A stretch of 64,000 nt of DNA from Balanoglossus misakiensis (Eukaryota > Animalia > Hemichordata). The position numbers were made by a program, and so were the translations under genes. Under the pieces are notes generated by a model that did no database searches, was not told where the DNA came from, and worked only from the letters and a program-made list of their open reading frames with translations. Shown here in pieces: positions 15,001 through 29,729 of the stretch; the first letter of the stretch is position 1, and the number at the start of each line of letters is the position of its first letter. The DNA is taken from positions 11,996,875 through 12,060,874 of the forward strand of contig CM082584.2 in the NCBI GenBank assembly GCA_040954595.2. The letters run 5' to 3'.

Positions 15001-18000
15001 GAAAAGTCGAAAAATCCTCGATTTTCGAACATTTTCCTGAGCTATAACCCATGGTTTTTTCAAAAAATGACCAAATTTTGAAAATTCGAAAAGTCGAAAA
15101 ATCCTCGATTTTCGAACATTTTCCTGAGCTATAACCCATGGTTTTTTCAAAAAATGACCAAATTTTGAAAATTCGAAAAGTCGAAAAATCCTCCATTTTC
15201 GAACATTTTCCTGAGCTATAACCCATGGTTTTTTCAAAAAATGACCAAATTTTGAAAATTCGAAAAGTCGAAAAATCCTCGATTTTCGAACATTTTCCTG
15301 AGCTATAACCCATGGTTTTTTTCAAAAAATGACCAAATTTTGAAAATTCGAAAAGTCGAAAAATCCTCGATTTTCGAACATTTTCCTGAGCTATAACCCA
15401 TGGTTTTTTCAAAAAATGACCAAATTTTGAAAATTCGAAAAGTCGAAAAATCCTCGATTTTCGAACATTTTCCTGAGCTATAACCCATGGTTTTTTCAAA
15501 AAATGACCAAATTTTGAAAATTCGAAAAGTCGAAAAATCCTCGATTTTCGAACATTTTCCTGAGCTATAACCCATGGTTTTTTCAAAAAATGACCAAATT
15601 TTGAAAATTCGAAAAGTCGAAAAATCCTCGATTTTCGAACATTTTCCTGAGCTATAACCCATGGTTTTTTCAAAAAATGACCAAATTTTGAAAATTCGAA
15701 AAGTCGAAAAATCCTCGATTTTCGAACATTTTCCTGAGCTATAACCCATGGTTTTTTCAAAAAATGACCAAATTTTGAAAATTCGAAAAGTCGAAAAATC
15801 CTCGATTTTCGAACATTTTCCTGAGCTATAACCCATGGTTTTTTCAAAAAATGACCAAATTTTGAAAATTCGAAAAGTCGAAAAATCCTCGATTTTCGAA
15901 CATTTTCCTGAGCTATAACCCATGGTTTTTTCAAAAAATGACCAAATTTTGAAAATTCGAAAAGTCGAAAAATCCTCGATTTTCGAACATTTTCCTGAGC
16001 TATAACCCATGGTTTTTTCAAAAAATGACCAAATTTTGAAAAGTCGAAAAGTCGAAAAATCCTCGATTTTCGAACATTTTCCTGAGCTATAACCCATGGT
16101 TTTTTCAAAAAATGACCAAATTTTGAAAAGTCGAAAAGTCGAAAAATCCTCGATTTTCGAACATTTTCCTGAGCTATAACCCATGGTTTTTTCAAAAAAT
16201 GACCAAATTTTGAAAATTCGAAAAGTCGAAAAATCCTCGATTTTCGAACATTTTCCTGAGCTATAACCCATGGTTTTTTCAAAAAATGACCAAATTTTGA
16301 AAATTCGAAAAGTCGAAAAATCCTCGATTTTCGAACATTTTCCTGAGCTATAACCCATGGTTTTTTCAAAAAATGACCAAATTTTGAAAATTCGAAAAGT
16401 CGAAAAATCCTCGATTTTCGAACATTTTCCTGAGCTATAACCCATGGTTTTTTCAAAAAATGACCAAATTTTGAAAATTCGAAAAGTCGAAAAATCCTCG
16501 ATTTTCGAACATTTTCCTGAGCTATAACCCATGGTTTTTTCAAAAAATGACCAAATTTTGAAAAGTCGAAAAGTCGAAAAATCCTCGATTTTCGAACATT
16601 TTCCTGAGCTATAACCCATGGTTTTTTCAAAAAATGACCAAATTTTGAAAAGTCGAAAAGTCGAAAAATCCTCGATTTTCGAACATTTTCCTGAGCTATA
16701 ACCCATGGTTTTTTCAAAAAATGACCAAATTTTGAAAATTCGAAAAGTCGAAAAATCCTCGATTTTCGAACATTTTCCTGAGCTATAACCCATGGTTTTT
16801 TCAAAAAATGACCAAATTTTGAAAAGTCGAAAAGTCGAAAAATCCTCGATTTTCGAACATTTTCCTGAGCTATAACCCATGGTTTTTTCAAAAAATGACC
16901 AAATTTTGAAAAGTCGAAAAGTCGAAAAATCCTCGATTTTCGAACATTTTCCTGAGCTATAACCCATGGTTTTTTCAAAAAATGACCAAATTTTGAAAAG
17001 TCGAAAAGTCGAAAAATCCTCGATTTTCGAACATTTTCCTGAGCTATAACCCATGGTTTTTTCAAAAAATGACCAAATTTTGAAAATTCGAAAAGTCGAA
17101 AAATCCTCGATTTTCGAACATTTTCCTGAGCTATAACCCATGGTTTTTTCAAAAAATGACCAAATTTTGAAAATTCGAAAAGTCGAAAAATCCTCGATTT
17201 TCGAACATTTTCCTGAGCTATAACCCATGGTTTTTTCAAAAAATGACCAAATTTTGAAAATTCGAAAAGTCGAAAAATTCTCGATTTTCGAACATTTTCC
17301 TGAGCTATAACCCATGGTTTTTTCAAAAAATGACCAAATTTTGAAAATTCGAAAAGTCGAAAAATCCTCGATTTTCGAACATTTTCCTGAGCTATAACCC
17401 ATGGTTTTTTCAAAAAATGACCAAATTTTGAAAATTCGAAAAGTCGAAAAATCCTCGATTTTCGAACATTTTCCTGAGCTATAACCCATGGTTTTTTCAA
17501 AAAATGACCAAACTTTGAAAATTCGAAAAGTCGAAAAATCCTCGATTTTCGAACATTTTCCTGAGCTATAACCCATGGTTTTATCAAAAAATGACCAAAT
17601 TTTGAAAATTCGCAAAGTCGAAAAATCCTCGATTTTCGAACATTTTCCTGAGCTATAACCCATGGTTTTATCAAAAAATGACCAAATTTTGAAAATTCGC
17701 AAAGTCGAAAAATCCTCGATTTTCGAACATTTTCCTGAGCTATAACCCATGGTTTTTTCAAAAAATGACCAAATTTTGAAAATTCGCAAAGTCGAAAAAT
17801 CCTCGATTTTCGAACATTTTCCTGAGCTATAACCCATGGTTTTTTCAAAAAATGACCAAATTTTGAAAATTCGAAAAGTCGAAAAATCCTCGATTTTCGA
17901 ACATTTTCCTGAGCTATAACCCATGGTTTTTTCAAAAAATGACCAAATTTTGAAAATTCGAAAAGTCGAAAAATTCTCGATTTTCGAACATTTTCCTGAG

Positions 18001-19162
18001 CTATAACCCATGGTTTTTTCAAAAAATGACCAAATTTTGAAAATTCGAAAAGTCGAAAAATCCTCGATTTTCGAACATTTTCCTGAGCTATAACCCATGG
18101 TTTTTTCAAAAAATGACCAAATTTTGAAAATTCGAAAAGTCGAAAAATCCTCGATTTTCGAACATTTTCCTGAGCTATAACCCATGGTTTTTTCAAAAAA
18201 TGACCAAATTTTGAAAATTCGAAAAGTCGAAAAATCCTCGATTTTCGAACATTTTCCTGAGCTATAACCCATGGTTTTATCAAAAAATGACCAAATTTTG
18301 AAAATTCGCAAAGTCGAAAAATCCTCGATTTTCGAACATTTTCCTGAGCTATAACCCATGGTTTTTTCAAAAAATGACCAAATTTTGAAAATTCGCAAAG
18401 TCGAAAAATCCTCGATTTTCGAACATTTTCCTGAGCTATAACCCATGGTTTTTTCAAAAAATGACCAAATTTTGAAAATTCGCAAAGTCGAAAAATCCTC
18501 GATTTTCGAACATTTTCCTGAGCTATAACCCATGGTTTTTTCAAAAAATGACCAAATTTTGAAAATTCGCAAAGTCGAAAAATCCTCGATTTTCGAACAT
18601 TTTCCTGAGCTATAACCCATGGTCTTTTCAAAAAATGACCAAATTTTGAAAATTCGCAAAGTCGAAAAATCCTCGATTTTCGAACATTTTCCTGAGCTAT
18701 AACCCATGGTCTTTTCAATAAATGACCAAATTTTGAAAATTCGCAAAGTCGAAAAATCCTCGATTTTCGAACATTTTCCTGAGCTATAACCCATGGTTTT
18801 TTCAAAAAATGACCAAATTTTGAAAATTCGCAAAGTCGAAAAATCCTCGATTTTCGAACATTTTCCTGAGCTATAACCCATGGTTTTTTCAAAAAATGAC
18901 CAAATTTTGAAAATTCGCAAAGTCGAAAAATCCTCGATTTTCGAACATTTTCCTGAGCTATAACCCATGGTTTTTTCAAAAAATGACCAAATTTTGAAAA
19001 TTCGAAAAGTCGAAAAATCCTCGATTTTCGAACATTTTCCTGAGCTATAACCCATGGTTTTTTCAAAAAATGACCAAATTTTGAAAATTCGAAAAGTCGA
19101 AAAATCCTCGATTTTTGAACATTTTCCTGAGCTATAACCCATGATTTTTTTTCAAAAAATGA
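1..19162. repeat. 87-bp satellite DNA array, ~220 monomers, runs off the left edge of the window
   Basis: Consensus CCCATGGTTTTTTCAAAAAATGACCAAATTTTGAAAATTCG(A/C)AAAGTCGAAAAATCCTCGATTTTCGAACATTTTCCTGAGCTATAA repeats head-to-tail with typically 0-2 differences per copy. The last partial monomer ends at ~19162 and unique sequence follows directly. Confidence 0.99.
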
Positions 19163-19302
19163 TAGTTTTCCGTCTATGCGAATTTCGGTCATATTGTCAT
19201 TTCTTGACATTTTTCATTTATCTTGCAGATATTGATTTGGTATAAGGTTTCATTCAGATCACACTTTCACAGTTACGACACATCAATCGCTTTGTGCATT
19301 AT

Positions 19303-19308
19303 TTTATT
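19303..19308 (-). terminator. Candidate distal polyadenylation signal of HDAC3
   Basis: On the minus strand AATAAA is followed ~20 nt later by a GU-rich element (TGATGTGTCGTAACTGTGAAAGTGTG). It lies downstream of the HDAC3 stop with no intervening recognisable gene. A proximal AATAAA also exists at 21333-21338. Confidence 0.5.
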
Positions 19309-21361
19309 CAATACTTCTCTTCTCGAACAGACAACACTTCTGATAGGTGAATCTTACAGACAGGAAATTTGAAACAAATTTCAGTAAATATAACAATACA
19401 TACATCACAGCCCTGGTAGACTGCTACGACAGTGGTAAGTTACACTTTCCAAACACGATGCATGTTTATCTACACATCATTTTGAAAGTTAGCGAGTGTT
19501 TTGTTTTTTAACTCCCAAAATATTGCTCTGTTGTCCTGTGGGTGCAATACAGCCTGCTGGCAATTTGTTTCTAAGGTCAACGGTTACAGGCAGGTTTTTC
19601 ACAACTGTGACACTTGATGGCGCTATATAGTTCTACTAACTTCCCTGCTTGCAAACAAGTGTTTCAACTGGATCACACAGTCTCCTGCACCATCTGATTT
19701 TTTTATCGTGCGTCAATTCTTGTCACTGGGAAAACATCACTATTACAACCTTATGCTGACTTCAGCTGTACTCAATATTAAATAAATACCTAATTCCCGC
19801 TGTTTGAGACCATCTTGTGCGCTTTTTTTAAAGATCAAATTTTGAGCATTTCGGTTAGAAAGGGACTCCAGTTTGATTTCTATAGCACACCTGTAACGTT
19901 AACCCAGCATGCGTGCAATTTTTGGAAAGTGTAAAATGCCTCTTGACCGGACAAAGACTACATAATTCCACTTCTACTTTCTACGACAAAACCAAAACCA
20001 AAAATAACTTACATTCTCAAGTAGAAATACATGGAAAAAAATCCCTGCTTCAAAAAAAGGTTATGACATAACCACGGTACTTCTATATAAAACCACTTCC
20101 CAGATGATAAATTCTCCGCAAAAAAAAAAATTGTCTGAAATTTTCTTATAGTTTACACTGATTGAAAATTGATAAGCTACATTTTACAAAATTTAATACA
20201 CTACAAAATCTGAACAGGATTGAGAGGAATGGAGAAATGCAACAATAGAGGTAAGGAAGAAGAAGAAGACAACATATTTAAAGCTTTCCAATGTGAAGTG
20301 AAATATTTCATATAGTAGTTTACATTGTTTTGTGTGCCAAAATGTCTCCTGGGTATTATTACAATTATTTCTACTATGTATTGTCTACAAAATTACGAAT
20401 CAGAAAATTTACACATTTCACATTCAAGTATTTGGTTTTAGGGTGTGTACTTCCAGGTATGAAAACAAAATTGGAGTCGGACCAAACTATGGTGAAAGGG
20501 TTAAAAAAAAGCCAAGCTCTGCGCTCTGATTACATCTTGTACCAAGACAAGTTAGTCATGTAACCCACACAGTGCTAATCCCATTCCCGTATGGTTGCAA
20601 TTAACAGACAACAGTGTTTGTTGTCAAAAATACAACATTTTACTGTCAATATACTACACTGTACAACATGCATCACATATCCAAGTGGTGAACTTTCTCC
20701 TAATTAATTTTTGTTACACATCATTTTGTAGAATGAAATAAATCTCCCCTGCAGATCGCTGAAATAATGCGAATTAATACTGCATCAATATGAACACTTA
20801 CGAGTGAAAAAAAAACAGTGTTACACCTGGCTGGAATGTGACAGCTTTGGGTAAATAATTAAATCCAAAGTTTTAGACTGAACAAACACCAAAAGAATAC
20901 AAAAAATTAACAAATTAACATACATCTTCCTGATCAGGAACAGTAGTGATATTGTGGGTACAGATACCAGAAGTGGGTGAAATGCAATATACATGTACCT
21001 GAATCTTTCAGCCTTAAAAATAGGTTTTGTTGGACGACAAAAAAAGAAAAATCTCATTTCAAGTCCTGAGGGACCAGATCGCAAAATAAACACTCTGCGT
21101 AATATTTACGGTCATGACCTTTGATACTTTTTCAGTTGAGAATTGGGCAGTCTCATTTACACACAGGGGTGATCAATATCACACTATTGGAGGTGTGCAT
21201 CATAGTTCTGACGATAGCCATAGATCGGTCAAGCAATTAGCATATTTATCTCGTAACCATCTGCAGTGTGTTCACATTAACGTGACACATCTGATTATCT
21301 TTGAATTACTGATTATTAAATTTAGGTGTTCATTTATTTCTCCCTGCGCTGTCAGTTTGTA

Positions 21362-25229
<3,868 letters not shown>

Positions 25230-25624
25230 GTTGAAAGTATACCACCTAGCAAACTGGGAATTATTCGTGTGGATCGATTTCTATTGACATAGGTAGTTCA
25301 TTTCCAGGCAGATGTGTTGGTTTCCACATTGTTGTCTCCGGATCGGAACTGAAATTCCTAAAGTGGTCTGCTAACCCGTTCACCGGTGTACTGTTATTTT
25401 GTCGGAATGGGAACGTAGATTTTCACGTGCAAAATGTTTGATCGCTGGGCAAACTGAAATACCGGGACATGCAAGGTGAAACTGCGAGCGACTGAGCATT
25501 AGCTTGAAAACTGACAGGTATCGATCCGATCGGTTGTGTACACCGTACCGCAAACGCTTGGACCGAAAGTCGAAAACCCAGATCCCTTCGTTTTCGGCGT
25601 CTGCGATCAGTAAAGTTTAGAGTC
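25230..25624. promoter_or_regulatory. Bidirectional promoter region HDAC3 / GNAT-PARP gene
   Basis: Only 395 bp separate two divergent start codons; the interval is CpG-rich relative to the neighbouring introns. Confidence 0.7.
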
Positions 25625-28600
25625 ATGGCTGTGGCCGAATGTTACACGACAATCTCTAGCCGGTTGCCAAGTGTCAAATTCAAACCTAAAGTCAAGAACG
25701 GCAAAGAAAACAGCACCAAAAATGGACGGCCAGAAATTGAATGCACACCGATTGTGGTTGACTTCAGGAGATTGTTTCAAAGTTCCAAGAGTTCTGTTGA
25801 TGTGTTGCCCGGGGTATGTATCCGTTAGAAAGTGGACTCGATTACTAAAAGGAAAACTAAAGAGGAAATAAAATAGATAAAAAGTAACAAGTGGGTGACG
25901 CTGTTACCATAGCAACAGGAGACGCCAGAGCTCAGGACATGAGCCAGCCGTGCCCCATTCATCTTTAATATCATAGTTTTAACAATTTCACCTGCTCATT
26001 GATACAAACACAACACTTTAAAATTTCCATATAGATGTATAAACCCTACTGTGTGTCACATTACAGGTACCGAATAAAGAACTCTTACACACAGTCATGG
26101 CAGTGTTTGACGTCTGCCTTCCAGACATCACACCTGAGGTGTTATACCCGACCGTCTGTGACAAATGGGCAAGAACCTTGCTACTTGTCAGGGATACAAA
26201 AGGTGAGGCTCCAACAGTGGACACATGATAGTAAGATCCTTCTGACTTGAATATGACTTGGTTTTGTACTATTGTAAAGTGACAATATTATTTGAAAATA
26301 TACTTTATGTGGTAATCGCAGATTGTCAAGCATTGGGTTAATCTACTCATTGATGAACTGTTTTTTTTTTTCTCGTTTTTTTCTACAAAATGTAGGTGTT
26401 ATAACTGAAATGAATAACAAGAAGAAAGCTGATGATAAAAGTGCAGAAGATGACAAAGATAAACCGCAAGTAAATGGTGAGGATGATGTCAAAGCTGATG
26501 AGGACAAAGAGGAAGAAGAGAAGGCTGGCAAGTTTGCTGATGTTTTCAGTGACACTGATCATGATGATGAGGAAGAGGAGGAAGATGAAGATGGCAGGTA
26601 CATTACGCATTAACACATAAACAACATACTAGTACTAGTTGAGACTTTTGAAGGAAACAATTTTGAAATGCTACTCAGGTCAGCAATCATCTGAAAACTA
26701 TTGTTCAATTTATCAAAGTAACGTTGACAGTTGACTTCATCTTTTGTTGCAGTGAAAGCGAAGATGAGGACCATTCAGAAGGAGTCAACGATTTCCTTAA
26801 AATTGTGCGGAAAAGAAGGAAAAAGAGGCACAGGGCAAAGGAAGTGAGAAACGAAGTGCCGGAAGAGTTGATTGGGATAGAAAATCGTCTCCTGGCATGC
26901 GCTACGTGGGAAAGATCCAATGTGTAAATATTGGTGTTAATTAATTAACTTCTGTCTGTTGCAGAGTTGAGAATTTCAACATGATAAGAGAAGCAAAGCT
27001 GAAGAGATTAATTATGTGATGATGTTTTCTTCCCTAGGAGACCTGGAGAGAAGATTGTACAGATTAATTTGTTGGGAGTGAGGAAGAGATACAGAAAGTG
27101 GGGACTGGGGAAATTTATGGTGCAGGTAAGAAGAATAACAGCATTCAACTACAGTCGTAAACATTTATTTCTCGTTGTACATGTGGTTGCCTGCCATCCA
27201 AAAGTAACATCACCGGTACATCAGCTAAACATCTGATTAGTGTTGAAGTATCAGTGAATCAAACAATGTCAAATTATCTTTTCTTATCCTCTTGATTATT
27301 TTGTTTTCCAGTCGTTAAAAGATCCGTCCTTGGTTGGCCAGTATGACGCCATAGTGGTGTATGCTGATCACTCAGCTGTCAATTTCTTTGCTCATTACGG
27401 ATTCAGCGATGACATCATACTGAACAGCAAATTCAAAGATTTAGCAGATAACTGGACCAACAGTACGCTCATGTGCTACTTACCTCCATTTACATGTAAG
27501 TTGTTAAATCAAAACGTTCTTTTCTATTTCATATTAAACAAGACCAGCCTGATTAATATAATTGTGGGTGTGTTATCTGTTTCAGCCCAGACAATGCGCG
27601 GAGAGAGTGCCAGTGATCCAGTGTTGGACATCAGAGAGATGGAATTAGAACTGCAGAAATGGACGGAAAAGAGTCGGGAAGCTTATCAGAGTCAGTTTGC
27701 GTGCGCCATGCGAATGAGAAACGAAATAATCACCCTCAGGGCATTGGTAAGGATTTTTACGTCTGCCGTAAAGTTAATTTCAGAAACTGTGGCCAAATTT
27801 GCATAGGTGACTGTATATGTATTGATCTTTCCGTCACAGTAATCTGACACTCATTTATTAATGTTTCCCCATTGTTCTCATTGAAGGTTGCTTCCCAGCA
27901 AGACATCATCACCTACCTACAGAGTGAAGTAGAAAAACTACAGCATTCTAAGTTCCATATTGGTAAGTTTGTCTATTAAAGATTAGGGTTCCTTCCAGAC
28001 CTGTGCCATGTAGACGTACCTACCCCCGGAACAATCTGACAGGCACAGTACTGATGAGTGTTTTGTGAACCTTTACACTGGCGTTCAGCCATTTTATACA
28101 CTGTAACTGTTCTATGTGCACTTCTTCTCTGTAGAGAAAGAATTCCTACAGTACAGACTTCTGACACTAAGAGCTGGCCTGGCACCTCTTCTGAGCGACA
28201 GTTCAGATGATTCTATGAAAGGTAAGTGAAATTATGTACATGTATTGGAAAGATGACTAACTCGCTGAATTTTTTTTCTAACAGCGGGGGTATTCACAGG
28301 ATTTCTCACTCATCTGTTTGTATTTTTTGTATGGCAGACGAGTCAACCACAGACAGCTTACTGAAGGATTTGGAAGAACAAGTTGGTGTTTTGAAACTTG
28401 CCAGAAAACACAGTGAAGAAAACACTACACCAGGTAATGCTACGGTGGCCCATATGTACCACCGTTGTTTTATTGTCAAGTGTATGAGATCTAACGATAA
28501 TTCCATCACTCCATACCTCACACTGTAACATATTCCCATAGCTGACACAACCTTTTAACCTCCATTTTGTTTTTTGTTTGTGTTTGTTTGTCACATGTTG

Positions 28601-29729
28601 GGTTTGTTTGTTGTCACGTTTGTGCACTTTTGCCAGAGGACGGTGTGGATGAGTTGTTGGATGTTCAGACTGATGACGCACACTCTTCTTCAGACTGGCA
28701 GATCATCGAAGAATTCAAACAGAGTCTCAAACAGGACTTGTCAGTCACACAGAAGGCAGAGGTCACTCTCTTGAAAAAGGTGGGTAAAAACTGAGCTGGG
28801 AAGGTCATAAGGAGTTTTGAAGTGCATAGTTCACAAGATAACATTTACGGGCTAAATAAAGTTTTGTTCTCACCATGTGAATTTTCCTGATAACAACCGA
28901 GTCTTTCCCCTACCATCTGTTTTAGGCACAAATGACCCAGAGTGGAATTGAACAGTACAAGTCCAGAATACGAAGCCTGGTCGACCCCAGCATGTGTACA
29001 AAACTGTATTACTGTGGAAGTCTGGAGAGGCCGCACAGACTCGAGTTGATTCTGAAGAATGGTTTCACAGAGCAAGGTAGTTATATTGAAGGTCTGTGTT
29101 GAGAGTTGTTATATGCCTTTGCACTGAAACCTGTCTAAGCTAAGGTTTATGAATCTGCTGTTTTTATTTATTTTCAGATTTCTCACATGGAGAGTATGGA
29201 GTTGGTCTGTACTTTTCACAGTATGCATCCAAAGCAGCCCAATTTTCTGCTGTAAGTATTTTACTCTAATTTACCAGAAAGCTTTCTTTACATCAGTCAG
29301 TAATTATATTGATTTATAAATTACTGGTTATTCATAATTTTCATAATATGCTCTCTCACTTCTTATACTTCCCCGCCCCCTAGCTTGGCAAGATACTTGT
29401 GGCAGAAGTTGGTCTTGGTCATACAGCAACTGTTATAAAGAAGGAAGCAACTCGACGCGCACCACCTATCGGACATGATTCCATCCTGGCAAGTGATTTT
29501 AGATACTAAATCTGGTCAAACATATAGCGGATTAAAAAATAATGCATTCAAATGAATTTCAAGCTACAAATGTAGATACTATATTTAATTTGTGTATTTT
29601 GTTTTGCAGACAAAAGGTCGTCTTATACAGGGTATTGGTGATTCATCAGGAGGTTGCTGTCAGGAGTACGTTGTATTTCATCCGTCCCAAGCCTGGCCTG
29701 TGGCTCTGATAGAATACAAATTGGTCTGA
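25625..29729 (+). CDS. Uncharacterised ~660-aa protein: GCN5-like GNAT domain + coiled coil + PARP/ART (tankyrase-like) catalytic domain
   Basis: 15 phase-compatible exons (25625-25813, 26067-26202, 26396-26597, 26753-26923, 27038-27125, 27312-27495, 27586-27746, 27887-27962, 28135-28221, 28338-28433, 28637-28779, 28926-29076, 29178-29251, 29384-29488, 29610-29729) total 1983 nt with no internal stop. GNAT motifs: QINLLGVRKRYRKWGLG, VYADHSAVNFFAHYGFS, STLMCY. PARP motifs: LYYCGS, ILKNGF, GEYGVGLYFS, VAEVGLG, PPIGHDSI, QEYVVFHPSQAWPVALIEY. The start codon is less certain than the internal exons. Confidence 0.85.
25903..25916. promoter_or_regulatory. RFX X-box in intron 1 of the GNAT-PARP gene
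   Basis: GTTACCATAGCAAC fits the X-box consensus GTNRCC-N(0-3)-RGYAAC exactly. Confidence 0.65.

Noticed and set aside
1-19162. CRISPR array or telomeric repeat
   Set aside because: No unique spacers or cas genes, the context is eukaryotic, and there is no short G-rich telomere unit.
13-19210. Very long minus-strand ORFs (up to 2146 aa) in the ORF track
   Set aside because: They are translations of the 87-bp (29-codon) satellite in two overlapping stop-free frames that swap at single-base indels. No protein family is recognisable, so they are not called as CDS.
19211-21361. Short ORFs between the satellite and HDAC3
   Set aside because: AT-rich with no recognisable motifs; better explained as HDAC3 3' UTR or flank.
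25564-25578. Satellite-like word CGAAAGTCGAAAA in the HDAC3/GNAT-PARP promoter
   Set aside because: A 13-nt imperfect, A-rich match is too short to separate from chance.
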